Of a DNA stretch of 64,000 bases, positions 30,470 through 42,708 are shown piece after piece. The notes beneath the pieces are model-generated. The model searched no databases and had not been told where the DNA came from. It worked only from the letters and a program-made list of their open reading frames with translations. The stretch is from an uncultured Acidimicrobiales bacterium (GTDB lineage Bacteria; Actinomycetota; Acidimicrobiia; Acidimicrobiales; CAVXTF01), in assembly GCA_963764615.1 (NCBI GenBank), contig CAVXTF010000002.1:1410265-1474264 (forward strand). Reading direction: 5' to 3'. The position numbers were made by a program, and so were the translations under genes. Position 1 is the stretch's first letter. Each line of letters begins with the position of its first letter.

Positions 30470-31039
30470 GTGGCTGAGCGAGAACGAAGGCTGACCCCGC
30501 CGCGTGGCGGGGTCTTCGTTCCCCGGACCAGGGTCCTGTCCGCAGAAGACGTCCAACGCGCGTTGAGGCGTGTCGCCCACGAGATCGCAGAGCGCAACCG
30601 GGGTCTCGAGGACGTCGTCATAATCGGCCTTCAGACAGGCGGTGTGGAGCTCGCTCAGAAGATCGCGAAGATCCTGACGGAGGTGGAGGGCACGGCGGTT
30701 CCCGTCGGGACTCTCGACGTGGCCTTCTACAGGGACGACGTCGGGATCAGACCCGTGCTTCCCGAGGCCACGACCCGGATGCCGGGAGACCTCACCGGTG
30801 TCACCGTCGTCCTCGTCGACGATGTGCTTTTCACCGGCAGGACCGTGAGGGCTGCGCTCAACGCCCTCGTCGACTTCGGTCGTGCGAAGTGCGTGCAGCT
30901 CGCGGTGATGGTCGACCGTGGACACCGCGAGCTGCCGATCCGCGCCGACTACGTCGGAAAGAACCTGCCCACGAGGCTGGACGAGCAGGTCGACGTGACC
31001 ATGGACGGTGTCGTGCTCGGCGACGTGGTGCCACGGTGA
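30470..31039 (+). CDS. pyrR: Pyrimidine regulatory protein/UPRT
   Basis: [42 protein letters not shown]. Confidence 0.97.
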   Translation: MAERERRLTPPRGGVFVPRTRVLSAEDVQRALRRVAHEIAERNRGLEDVVIIGLQTGGVELAQKIAKILTEVEGTAVPVGTLDVAFYRDDVGIRPVLPEATTRMPGDLTGVTVVLVDDVLFTGRTVRAALNALVDFGRAKCVQLAVMVDRGHRELPIRADYVGKNLPTRLDEQVDVTMDGVVLGDVVPR

Positions 31040-32108
31040 GCAGGCAGTTCTCACCGGTGGTGGGCTCAGGCTGGCCGAGGCACCTGTTGTCGGTGGCCGA
31101 CCTGAACGCAGACACGATCGGGGGCATCCTGCGGGTCGCCGACGCGTTCGCGGAAGTGGCTAGAAGGCCGATCCCGAAGGTCCCGACGCTTCGGGGCAAG
31201 ACCGTGGCGACGCTCTTCGCCGAGGAGTCCACCCGCACGAGGCTGTCGTTCGAGGCCGCCGCGAAACGCCTGTCGGCGGACGTCATGAGCATCAGCTCGG
31301 GCACGTCGTCGATCAAGAAAGGTGAATCGCTTCGTGACACCGCAGAGACGCTCGCCGCGATGGGGGTCGACGCCATCGTGGTGCGTCATCCCTGCGCCGG
31401 AGCGCCGAACCAGGTGGCCAGATTCGTGGGCGCCGTCGGTGATAAACGCCGGCGACGGCTACCACGAGCATCCGACCCAGGCTCTGCTCGACTGCTTCAC
31501 GATCCGCCAGCACCTGGCGGAATCATCGGGTGTCCCTGTCGAAAGGACCGGGACCGAGGGCTTCGCTGGCCTGAAGGTGAGCATCGTCGGCGACATCCGA
31601 CACAGCCGGGTCGCCCGGTCGGGGGTATGGGCCTTCGCCGCCCTCGGGGCAGAGGTAACCCTCGTCGCACCCGGCGGCCTGCTGCCGCCCTCGCTCGATG
31701 GCTGGCCCGTCGCGTCCGTCTCGCACGACATCGAAGTCGGTACTTCCGAAGACCGATGTCTGCTACATGCTCCGGCTCCAGGCCGAACGCGGAGCAGGGT
31801 CGTTCCTTCCCTCGGGCCGCGAGTACACCGCTTCGTTCGGCTTGACCGCTCGCAGGGCGTCGCTGCTCCCCGACGACGCAGTGGTCATGCACCCTGGTCC
31901 GATGATCCGGGGCCTCGAGATATCCGACGAAGTCGCTGACCTCCCGCGGTCGGTGATCAGGCGCCAGGTGACGAACGGGGTGGCAGTGAGGATGGCTGTC
32001 CTGTACCTGCTTCTCGGCACGGGCGACCTTCTGTCTCAGCCCGATGCTTCCGAAGATGCCGATGCGCCCGAAGCCCCCGATGGTCTCCGAGATGTCGAAA
32101 ATGCCTGA
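31036..32108 (+). CDS. pyrB: Aspartate carbamoyltransferase; frameshifts near 31435 and 31735
   Basis: [30 protein letters not shown] and MHPGP spread over three frames. Confidence 0.93.
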
Positions 32109-33453
32109 GCGCCGGGAGCGCCCCGTGGTGCTACGCGGCGGAACGGTCGTCGATTCGACTGGGGAGCGCCGCGCTGACGTCGTCGTCGAAGGAGGCGTCG
32201 TGGTCGCGGTGACGACCGACGGCGAGGAGGCGCAAGCGGTCCCGCGCGGCTCGCGGGTGCTCGACGCGGGCGGGTGCGTGGTCGCCCCGGGTCTCGTCGA
32301 CCTTCATACCCATGCCCGCGAACCGGGCGCGGAAGAGACCGAGACGGTCGAGAGCGCGGCTCGCGCCGCTGCGCTCGGAGGTTTCACGGCCTTCGTGGCG
32401 ATGCCGAACACGGATCCCGCCATCGACTGCGCACCGGTCGCACGCGAGGTTCTCGAGCTCGGAGAGGGCGCCATGTGCAGGGTGTGCGTCGCCGGAGCCA
32501 TCACGGTGGGGCGCGCCGGCGAGCGACTGGCTCCGATGGCGGAGCTCGCGCGCGCTCGGGGTGAGGATCTTCACCGACGACGGCACGGGGGTCCAGGATG
32601 CCGGCAGTGATGCGGCGCGCAATGGACTACGCGGCCGGTCTCGGGGTCACCCTCGCGCAGCACTGCGAGGACAGCGCTCCTGGCGGGCGGTGGCCACATG
32701 CACGAGGGAGCGTGGTCGAGCCGACTCGGCGTGCCGGGCGTGCCGGCGCAGGCCGAGCTGGTGATGGCGAGCGCGACATCGCGCTGTCGGCGCTCACGGG
32801 CGCCCGGTTGCACCTCCTGCACGTGTCAACTGCGCGACACTTCACGCGGCGGAGGCGGCAAAAGCCGAGCGCAACTTCCGGTGACCGTGGAGGTCACACC
32901 GCACCATCTCGTCCTCACCGACGCGAAGCTCGAGGGTTACGACGCCGACTTCAAGGTGAATCCGCCACTTCGACCCGCGCACGACGTCGACGCGTTGCGC
33001 CGCGGATGTGCGACAGGCGTCGTCGACGCGATTGCCACCGACCATGCCCCTCATCCTCCCGAGGCTAAGGACCTTCCGCTCGCCGAGGCGCCGTCGGGGA
33101 TGCTCGGGCTCGAGACCGCTCTCGCGGTGGCACTCGGCAGCCCTCTGGACGCGACGAGGACCGTGGCCCTCGGACGTCGGGCTTCCGACGTGATCCGCCT
33201 GATGTCATGGGGCCCCGCCCGGATCGCCGGGATCGCCTCGATCAGGGCGGCGACCAGGGGGGACCGATCGCCGCGGGGACGCCGGCCAATCTGTGTGTGA
33301 TCGACCCGGCCACAAATGGACCGTGGATGCCGAGCCTTCTGTCCTCGCAAGAGCCGCAACACACCTTTCGCGGGTCGGAAGCTCAAGGGCAAGGTGCGTC
33401 ACACCATTTACAGGGGTGAGCCCGTCGTGATCGACGGCGAGCCGCAAAGGTGA
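32101..33453 (+). CDS. pyrC: Dihydroorotase; several frameshifts
   Basis: [38 protein letters not shown]. Confidence 0.92.
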
Positions 33454-33514
33454 GAGTCCAAAGGTGAGAGTCCAAAGGTGAGAGTCCAAAGGTGAGAGTG
33501 CAAACGTGAGGGAG
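33445..33514 (+). repeat. Five tandem 14-bp units (CAAAGGTGAGAGTC) bridging the pyrC stop and carA start
   Basis: Units at 33445, 33459 and 33473 are exact; those at 33487 and 33501 are degenerate. Confidence 0.95.
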
Positions 33515-34695
33515 CTATCGGAGACGGCGGCAGAGTCTCCGGTCTCTGCTCGTGTTCGAGGACGGAGAGGTGTTCGAGGGGGAGACCGCAGGCTTCGTCC
33601 CGCCCGGTGGGGTGACGACCGGAGAGCTCGTGTTCAACACGTCCATGTCCGGTTACCAGGAGGTGCTCACCGACCCGAGCTACTCGGGCCAGGTCGTCTG
33701 CTTCACGTACCCGCACATCGGGAACTACGGGGTGACCCCGGAAGACGACGAGGCCGACCGGCATCTGGACCCGCGGGTTCGTCGTGCGAGACCTTCCGCC
33801 GAGGCCCTCGAACTGGCGGGCGAGCGCGGCCCTCGAGTCCATGCTCGAGAGCCGGGGGGTCCCGGGCATCACCGGGAGTCGACACGAGGCGGGTGGCCCG
33901 CCAGGTGCGTTCCAAGGGCGCGGTCGCGTGCGCATTCGGGACCGCGGGCCTGCACGAGCTCCGGCGGGCGGCGGCCAGTGAGCCCGGCACGACCGGCATG
34001 GACCTCGTCACGGGCACAACAGGAGTGTCCACTGCGGAACCCTACGTCGTCGGCTCCGGGGGACCGCTCCGGGTCGTCGCCTACGACTTCGGGGTGAAGT
34101 CGACGACACTTCGTTGCCTCGCCGAGTTCGCGACGGTGACCGTGGTGCCGGCGGACACCCCGGCCTCGGACGCGTTGGCTCTCGAACCCGACGGCGATCT
34201 TCTTGTCCAACGGCCCCGGCGATCCCTGCGGCCCTCCATGACCAGACCTCGATCGTCTCGGACCTGATCGGCAAGGTCCCGATCTTCGGTATCTGCCTCG
34301 GTCACCAGCTTCTTGCGACTGCTCTCGGAGCGACGACATACAAGCTCTCTTTCGGCCATCACGGCGGGAACCATCCGGTCCGCTCGATTCGACACGGGAC
34401 GAGTGGAGATAACCGCGCAGAACCACAACTACGCAGTGAGCGCGCCATCGCTGGACGGGATCGCCGAGATAACTCACGTCAACTTGAACGACGGCGTCGT
34501 CGAGGGGATTCGAGCTCTGTCCGTACCGGCGTTCGGCGTCCAGTATCACCCCGAAGCCGGCCCGGGACCTCACGACGCCCGGTACCTGTTCGAAACGTTC
34601 AGACGCCTCATGACCGAGTCCTCGGGATATCCACTCGGACGACGACGGACATTCGGGGCAACCCGGCCACGCCGGTCACCCGGCGGCACGGCTGA
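33506..34695 (+). CDS. carA: Carbamoyl-phosphate synthase small subunit; several frameshifts
   Basis: [49 protein letters not shown]. Confidence 0.93.
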
Positions 34696-37600
34696 TGCCG
34701 AGGCGGACCGACATCGAGAGCATCCTCGTGATCGGATCGGGTCCGATCGTGATCGGCCAGGCTTGTGAGTTCGACTACTCGGGCACCCAGGCCTGCCGGG
34801 TGCTCGCGAGCCGAGGGCTACAGGGTCATACTCGCCAACTCGAATCCGGCGACGATCATGACGGACCCCGAGTGTGGCGGACCGGACCTATGTCGAGCCG
34901 CTCGTGGCCGATGTGATCGCCGCGATCATCGAACGCGAACGCCCCGATGTCCTGTTGCCGACACTCGGCGGGCAGACGGCGCTCAACCTCGCGATGGAGC
35001 TGACAGAGTCGGGCGTGCTCGACGCCGCAGGGGTCGAGCCTGATCGGCGCGAACGCAGAAGCGATCAGGACCGCCGAGGACCGGGATCTGTTCAAGCGGG
35101 CGATGGGGGAGATCGGGCTCGAGGTCCCCGCGTCCGGGTTCGCGCACAACCCTGGACGAAGCGGTGGCGGTGGGCGAGCGGATCGGGTTCCCGATCATGG
35201 TCCGCCCGAGCTTCATACTCGGGGGATCGGGGACGGGTATCGCGTACGACCGCGACGAGCTCGTAGCGGTGTCCGCTAGGGGGCTGGCTGCGAGCCCGGT
35301 CCACAGGGTTCTCGTGGAGCGTTCGATAGCGGGCTGGAAAGAGTTCGAGCTCGAGGTCATGCGCGATCACATGGACAACTGCGTCGTCGTGTGCTCCATC
35401 GAGAACCTCGACCCGATGGGAGTGCATACGGGGGACTCGATAACTGTTGCGCCTGCGCAGACGTTGTCGGACGTCGAATACCAACAGATGCGAGACGACG
35501 CGTTCGCGTGCATCCGTCGGGTGGGTGTGGAGACCGGCGGCTCCAACATTCAGTTCGCGGTCGAACCCCGAACGACGGCACGCGGCTCGTGATCGAGATG
35601 AACCCAAGGGTCTCGCGGTCGAGCGCCCTCGCTTCGAAGGCGACAGGATTTCCGATCGCGAAGATCGCTGCGCGCCTCGCCGTCGGGTACACACTCGACG
35701 AGATCACCAACGACATAACGCGAGCCACACCTGCGAGCTTCGAGCCGGCGATCGACTATGTCGTGACGAAGATCCCCAGATGGGCGTTCGAGAAGCTGCC
35801 CGGCGCGCCCGACGACCTCGGTACGCGGATGCAGTCGGTCGGAGAGGTCATGGCCATCGGCCGGACCTTTCCCGGAGTCTCTCCAAAAGGCGATCAGGTC
35901 GCTCGAGCAGGGCCGGTCCGGGATTGAATGCGGACCCGGCAGAGCGCAGGACCGACGAGCTCGACGAGGAGGAGCTTCTCGAGCGGACCGCCCAGCCGAC
36001 GCCCGGAGCGCATCTTCGAGCTCGAAGCCGCGCTCCGCCGCGGGGATTCCGGTCGACGTGCTGGCAGAGCGAACTGGCGTCGACAGGTGGTTCCTCGATC
36101 AGATCGAGATCATCTCCTCCGCGGCGTCGAGCTCGAATCCGGATGTCGAGTCGCGAGGCGGCGCGCAGGTGCTCTCCACTCTCGACCGTCGCAGCATGGC
36201 GGTCGTTGAAGCGCATCGGTTTCTCCGACGTCCAGCTGGCTTCTCTGCTTGTCGACCGCGGAGACGACCAAATAGACGAATCAGCAGGTCCGCGCCAGCG
36301 CGTCATTCGCATGCGGGGTGTCCCCACGTTCAAGACCGTCGACACCTGCGCCGCGGAGTTCGAGGCGCTCACCCCTTACCACTACTCGACGTACGAGGAC
36401 GAGGACGAGGTCCGAGCCGAGCACCGGGCGCCGGGTAGTCATACTCGGTTCGGGCCCGAACCGCATCGGACAGGGAATCGAGTTCGACTACTGCTGCGTC
36501 CACGCGAGCATGGCGCTCAAGGCGGCCGGGTACGAGACGGTGATGGTCGAATTGCAACCCCGAGACCGTCTCGACGGACTACGACACTTCGGACCGTCTG
36601 TACTTCGAGCCACTCACGGCAGAGGACGTCGCGAACGTCCTTGACTGCCGAACAATGCGCATCTGCGGGCGGCGGGCGGTGGTCGGAGTCATAGTCAGCC
36701 TCGGCGGCCAGACACCTCTCAAGCTGGCGCACTGCGCTCGGGGAGAGCACGGTGCTCGGAACGAGCCCGGATTCGATCGATCTTGCGGAGGATCGGGAGC
36801 GCTGGAACGACCTATGCGAACGTCTCGGCATCCCTCAGCCGGCGGGGGGCACCGCGACGAACGTCGACGAGGCACTGGCGGTCGCTTCCAAGGTCGGTTA
36901 TCCGGTGCTCGTGAGACCGAGCTATGTGCTCGGGGGAAGGGCGATGGAGATCGTGTACGACGATCAGCGACTCGGCGAGGTCGTACGCGAGCTCGGCGGC
37001 TCCTTCGGATCGCTCGAACGCGAGGGCGGCGTTTCAGCCGAGCGCCCGCTACTGGTCGACCGCTTCTTGGAGGACGCCGTCGAGGTAGACGTCGACGCGG
37101 TACGCGACGCGACTGGCGAGGTGCTCATCGCCGGCGTCATGGAGCACGTGGAAGAGGCGGGGGTCCACTCGGGCGACTCGGCATGCGCACTTCCTCCGCA
37201 GACCCTCGGTGAAGACGTGCTCGGAACGATCGACACTCACACCCGGGCGATTGCAGAAGCTCTCGGTGTCATCGGGCTCGTCAACGTGCAATTCGCGGTG
37301 AAAGACGGCGATCTGTTACGTCCTCGAGGCGAATCCGCGCGCGAGCCGGACGGTCCCGTTCGTTGCGAAGGCGACGGGGGTGCCACTCGCAATGGTCGGG
37401 GCGCGGGTGATGGTCGGGAAGCTCGCTCGAGATCGTTGCGATCCGAAGGGCTGCTGACCGAACCGTCCGACGGTGGGCACGTGAGCGTCAAGGAGGCGGT
37501 GCTCCCGTTCGGCCGATTCCCCGGCACCGACACCCTTCTCGGTCCCGAGATGCGCTCCACCGGTGAGGTGATGGGAATCGGCGAGAACTTTCGGCATCGC

Positions 37601-38088
37601 GTTCGCCAAGAGCCAGATCGCAGCCGGCACCCGCCTCCCCGACTCCGGAACCGTGTTCATGTCCCTCGCCGACCGGGACAAGGCTCGCGGGCCTGGAGCT
37701 GGCGACGACGTTTCGTGGCCTCGGCTTCGAGATCGCCGCGACGTCGGGCACCGCGGCTTACCTCGCTGCACGAGGCGTGCCGGTCGCGACGGTCGCGGCC
37801 AAGGTCGGCGAACCTGGATCCTCGAACGCTGCAGAGCTGATAGCGGCGGGGACGGTTCAGCTGGTCGTCAACACGCCAAGAGGCCGGGGCCCTCGCGCCG
37901 ACGGCGCGTACATCAGGACCGAAGCTCAACTTCACCGGGTTCCTTGCCTTACGACGGTCGCCGCCGCGAGGGCTGCCGCAGCGGGCATCGCCGAGTGGCG
38001 CGGTCATCCGCTGTCGGTGCTGAGCCTGCAAGAGGTGCATGCCGCCGGGCAGCGACGCGCGGACCGGGTGGCGAGGACCGGGTTCTTG
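34695..38088 (+). CDS. carB: Carbamoyl-phosphate synthase large subunit; many frameshifts, end approximate
   Basis: [73 protein letters not shown]. Confidence 0.94.
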
Positions 38089-39200
38089 AGGAAGGTCGTC
38101 GGATCGGTCGACCTGACTGCGCAAGTCGGCTCTGTGGTGCTGAAGAACCCTGTCCTCACTGCGTCGGGTACCGCAGGGCACGGAACCGAGATGGAGGGCT
38201 ACCTCGACTACGCGGCACTCGGGGGGTTCGTCACCAAGTCGCTCGCTGCGATGCCGTGGAGAGGGAAATCCCGCACCTCGCCTGCGCGAGACACCGAGCG
38301 GTCTTCTCAACTCGGTCGGCCTGCAGGGACCGGGGGTGGAGGAGTGGCGGCGCAAGGAGCTGCCGAAGCTCGAGAGACAGCGGCGCAAGTGTCGTGGCGA
38401 GCATCTGGGGCAACACGGTCGAGCAGTTCGAACTCGCCGCTCAGATGATCGCGGGTGCAGAGGGCGTGGTCGCAGTCGAGGTGAACGTGAGCTGCCCGAA
38501 CTTGGAGGACAGGAGCCGGATGTTCGCGCATTCGCCGTCTGCGACAGCCGAGGCGGTCTACGCCGTCTTCGGCGGCAGGAGTGCCGTCTGTGGGTGAAGT
38601 TGAGCCCGAACGTGGCCGACCTCGTTGAGATCGCAGCCGCAGGACTCGCGTGCCGGCGCCGAAGCGCTCGTTCTCGTGAACACGCTTCTCGGAATGGCGA
38701 TCGACGCAGAGCATTGGGCCTACAGACTCGGCTCAGGACGCTCGGGGGCGGACTTTCCGGCCCTGCGATAAGGCCCGTGGCGCTCAGGGCCGGTGCACGA
38801 CTGCAGGCAGGCGTTTCCTCGTGGAGCACCCGGACCCGGCGGCCCCCCTGTGGCGATAGTCGGGAGTGGGCGGGGTGAGCCGCGGGATCGACGCAGTCGA
38901 GCTGATGATGGCGGGAGCCGACGCCGTGGAGGTCGGGACGGCGTCGTTTCGCGACCCGAGGGCGCCATCAAGGTCATCTCCGAGCTCGCCAGGTGGTGCA
39001 AGCGCCACCGCGTCTCCCACGTGCGCGAGCTCGTCGCCGGGTCACCTGAATGCAGCCGGGCGGAGTCGGCCAGGACCGGAGATCGCACGAGAACCCGTCA
39101 CCGCAATCCGGTGCGCCAGAGCACCTGCATCCAACCATCGCTGCAAGTCCCGGCGGCAGTGAACAGCAATTCCGAGCTTTCAACGGCAATTCGGCGATGA
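38085..39200 (+). CDS. pyrD: Dihydroorotate dehydrogenase family 1; frameshifted, ends approximate
   Basis: [44 protein letters not shown]. Confidence 0.88.
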
Positions 39201-39239
39201 TGAAGAGACCCAACGTCCCTCGATCGACCGAGCAGAGAC

Positions 39240-39974
39240 ATGACCTCCTTCGACGATGCGGCTCGCGACCACCTGGTGCTCGCGCTCGACGTCGACGACC
39301 TGGTTGTCGCACTGCGAGTCGCACGTCCACTTCTCGAGTACTTCTCGGTGGCGAAGGTGGGACTGGAGCTTTTCTCCGCATCGGGGCCCGAAGCCGTCGT
39401 GGCACTTTCGACAGTCGGGATTCGAGGTGTTCGTCGACCTGAAGCTGCACGACATCCCGACGACGGTCGGCCGTGCGGCGCGAGTTCTCGGTGCACTCGG
39501 TGTCGCTACGCAACCGTGCACACTTCAGGCGGTCATGGCGATGGTCGAGGCTGCTACAGCGGGAATGGAAGAAGGAGCGACGTCGGCGGGGCTCGCACCT
39601 CCGTGCGTTCTCGGGGTCACGGTTCTCACGAGCGACGCCGAGGCTCCGGCACGACGAGCTCGCCCGCAGAGCGGGGATAGCTGCGACCGCAGGGTGCGGA
39701 GGGGTCGTCTGTGCGGCCTCTGACCTGCCCGTCGTGACCGAGTGCCGCACCGGGCCTGCTCACGGTGGTGCCGGGCATCCGCCCCACCTCATGTCTCGCA
39801 CGACGACCAGGCCCGGGTCGCGACTCCGAGCGCCGCACTCTGCGCAGGCGCAGACCTTCTGGTCATCGGCAGGGCCGTCACCGGGTGCGCGGACCCGCAG
39901 GCCGCAGCGGCCCGGGTCCACGACGAGGTCGGCCGCCGAGCTCGCAGTATGGGCACGAGTTGCGACCAGGCTGA
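39240..39974 (+). CDS. pyrF: Orotidine-5'-phosphate decarboxylase; frameshifted
   Basis: LALD, KVGLELF, DLKLHDIP, VTVLTS, VPGIR, VIGRAV. Confidence 0.9.
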
Positions 39975-40057
39975 GCCGAGGAAACCCGAGCATGCCTGGT
40001 CGTCGCAGCAGATCGTGCCTGGTGCCCACCCCTAGAGCGGGCGCTAATGTGGCCGCC

Positions 40058-40377
40058 ATGCCGCAACCTCCCGCACTCACTGCCGAGCAGCGCCAGGCTG
40101 CGCTCGACAAGGCCGCCAAGGTCCGCCGCGAGCGTGCCGAGGTCAAGGAGAAGCTGAAGATGGGCTCCTTGTCCCTCGAGGAGCTTCTGAAGAAGGCCGA
40201 CGGCGACGACACCGTCGGGAAGATGAAGGTGCAGTCGGTGCTCGAGTCCCTTCCCGGGCTCGGCAAGGTGAAGGCCCGCCGTCTCATGGAACAGGTCGGG
40301 ATAAGCGAGAGCCGCCGGCTCCAGGGGCTCGGTGCGAACCAGAGAACGCTCTGCTCACGCATATGGCGAAGCCCTGA
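40058..40377 (+). CDS. mihF: Actinobacterial integration host factor; 3' end frameshifted
   Basis: EQRQAALDKAAKVRRERAEVK, KMKV..VLESLPGLGKVKA, RRLQGLG.NQ; pyrF-mihF-gmk synteny. Confidence 0.93.
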
Positions 40378-40950
40378 TCCTCCTCCTCTCCGGCCCCGGG
40401 GGGGCGGGCAAGGGAACGATCGCTGTCACGTCTGGTGGAGCTCACGCCCCGGCTATGGCTGAGCCGGTCGACACGACCACGGGAGCGCAGGCCGGGCGAA
40501 GCCGAGGACGCCTACGTGTTCGTCGACCGGGCAGAGTTCGAAGCCATGATCGAACGGGGTGGCTTTCTCGAATGGGCCGAGTTCCTCGGCGAGCGCTACG
40601 GCACGCCCTGGCCTGATCCGCCCGAGGGCTGCGACGTGCTGCTCGAGATCGATCTGCAGGGCGCCGAGCAGGTTGTGATCGGCATCCCGACACCCTCCTC
40701 GTCCTGCTTCTGCCACCATCGTCGGAGGTCCAGGCCGAGCGCCTCCGAGGGCGCGGCGAGGACGCGGAGACGATCGCGGCCCGGCTGGCGGTAGGTCGCG
40801 AAGAGGAGGCACGGGGCCGGAGCATCGCTGACGCAGTCGTCGTGAACGACGACGTGGATCGGGCCGTAGCCCAGGTCGCGGGTATACTCGAGCGATACCG
40901 CACGCCTACGGCGAACCGGCCTGGCGGCGACCCCCCCCGGAGGATCCCGA
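40374..40950 (+). CDS. gmk: Guanylate kinase; frameshifted, ends approximate
   Basis: [36 protein letters not shown]. Confidence 0.9.
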
Positions 40951-41378
40951 TGGCAAGACGCCGTCCCACGCTCATGGACCCACCCGTGGAGAGCCTTCTC
41001 GACAAGGTGGACTCCAAGTTCACGCTCGTCGCGCTCTCTTCCAAGCGGGCGCGCCAGATCAACTCGTACTACAACCAGCTCGGCGAGTCGCTCGGAGTGA
41101 TAGTGCCTCCCCAGGTCACGTCGGTCTCCGGTAAGCCGCTCACGATCGCCTTCGAAGAGATCGCAACGTCGAAGACCACCTACCACCGGCCGGAACCCGG
41201 CGAGCTCGAAGCGGTAGCAGGCGGGGAGCTGACCGGTGTCGCAGGTGGCGAAGCATCCGGGCTCGAACCGGGGGAGCTGACACTCGGTGGGGTTGCGGCG
41301 AGCGTAGGAGACGAGCCGTCGGGCACCGAAAGCTCCGACCTGCCCGAAGCGGGCGAGCTGCCGGACCCGGCCAGCTAG
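40950..41378 (+). CDS. rpoZ: RNA polymerase omega subunit with acidic C-terminal extension
   Basis: LLDKVDSKFTLV..SKRARQIN, KPLTIAFEEI. Confidence 0.93.
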   Translation: MARRRPTLMDPPVESLLDKVDSKFTLVALSSKRARQINSYYNQLGESLGVIVPPQVTSVSGKPLTIAFEEIATSKTTYHRPEPGELEAVAGGELTGVAGGEASGLEPGELTLGGVAASVGDEPSGTESSDLPEAGELPDPAS

Positions 41379-41436
41379 GCATCTCCGGCCAAGGTTCGCC
41401 ATGGAGGGGCCTCGGGGCGAGCGCGACGGCGGACCG

Positions 41437-42708
41437 ATGTCGGGAGCACCTCTTGCGGACCGGTTCGTCGTCCTCGGTGTAACCGGGGGGATCGCGGCTT
41501 ACAAGGCCGTCGAGGTGTGCCGAAGGCTCGTGGACCTAGGCGCGCATGTCGCCCCTGTCCTGACCGAGGAAGCCACCCGTTTCGTCGGACCGCTGACGTT
41601 CTCTTCGCTCGCCTCTGAGCCTTGCAGGACGGGGCTGTGGGACGAGGCGGAGACGATCCCTCACACCTGGCTCGGACAGCATGCTCACATCGTCGTTGTC
41701 GCACCGGCAACGGCACGTTTCATCGCCGCCTACGCGGCGGGGCTCTCCGACGGCCTCCTCACCGCGACAGTGATCGCGACACGTGCGCCCGTCGTGGTGT
41801 GTCCCGCCATGCACACCGAGATGTGGGAGCACCCGGCCGTTCAGGAGAACGTGGCCACCCTCCGCCGCCGGGGCGTTCACTTCGTCTGGCCGGAAGAGGG
41901 CAGGCTCGCCGGGGGCGACGCCGGCCCAGGACGGCTCGCGGATCCGGCCGACATCGTGGCAGCCGTCTCCGACGTGCTCCTGGGGCCCGGTCGGGGCGCG
42001 AGCATCCGGGACATGGAGGGGCTCCGCGTGCTCGTGACGGCGGGAGGGACCCGTGAGCCGATCGATCCCGTGCGGTTCATATCGAACCGGTCCTCGGGCA
42101 AACAGGGCCACGCGCTCGCCGAGGCCGCGGCGCAAAGGGGTGCTCTCGTAAGTCTCGTGACGGCGGCCGCGCTCCCGGCCAGGGGGGTCCACGAGGTGAC
42201 GAGGGTCGAGACCGCCGCCGAGATGCAGCACGCGGTGCTCGCCCGCTCAGACAGCGCGGACATAGTCGTCATGGTGGCAGCCGTGGCCGACTTCCGCCCT
42301 AAGGTCGCCGCAACCGAAAAGCTGCACAAACAGGACGGGGTCCCAGACCTGGTTCTCGAGCCGACTCCCGACATACTCGCCGAGCTCGGCCGGCGAAGGC
42401 GCAAGGGCCAGGTCCTCGTGGGTTTCGCTGCTGAGACCGCAGCCCTGCTCGAAAGCGCCTCGCGCAAGATGGCCTCGAAGGGTGTCGACATCATGGTCGC
42501 GAACGACGTGACGGCGCCCGGAGCGGGCTTTGACCACGACACGAACTCGGTCACCATCCTCGTTGCCGGAGGCGGTGCGGGAGTCGCCGTCACGGGCGTC
42601 AAGTCGACGGTCGCCCACGCCGTGCTCGATACTGTCGCCAAGGTCCGCGCCGAATCAGAGGGCCCAGACCACGCACCTAAGGCGCCCGATCCCAGGAGAC
42701 AAAAGTGA
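41437..42708 (+). CDS. coaBC: Bifunctional phosphopantothenoylcysteine decarboxylase/ligase
   Basis: [44 protein letters not shown]. Confidence 0.97.
   Translation: MSGAPLADRFVVLGVTGGIAAYKAVEVCRRLVDLGAHVAPVLTEEATRFVGPLTFSSLASEPCRTGLWDEAETIPHTWLGQHAHIVVVAPATARFIAAYAAGLSDGLLTATVIATRAPVVVCPAMHTEMWEHPAVQENVATLRRRGVHFVWPEEGRLAGGDAGPGRLADPADIVAAVSDVLLGPGRGASIRDMEGLRVLVTAGGTREPIDPVRFISNRSSGKQGHALAEAAAQRGALVSLVTAAALPARGVHEVTRVETAAEMQHAVLARSDSADIVVMVAAVADFRPKVAATEKLHKQDGVPDLVLEPTPDILAELGRRRRKGQVLVGFAAETAALLESASRKMASKGVDIMVANDVTAPGAGFDHDTNSVTILVAGGGAGVAVTGVKSTVAHAVLDTVAKVRAESEGPDHAPKAPDPRRQK

Noticed and set aside
40842..41378. Apparent gmk-rpoZ fusion
   Set aside because: A C8 homopolymer near 40931 in an error-rich zone most likely removed the gmk stop
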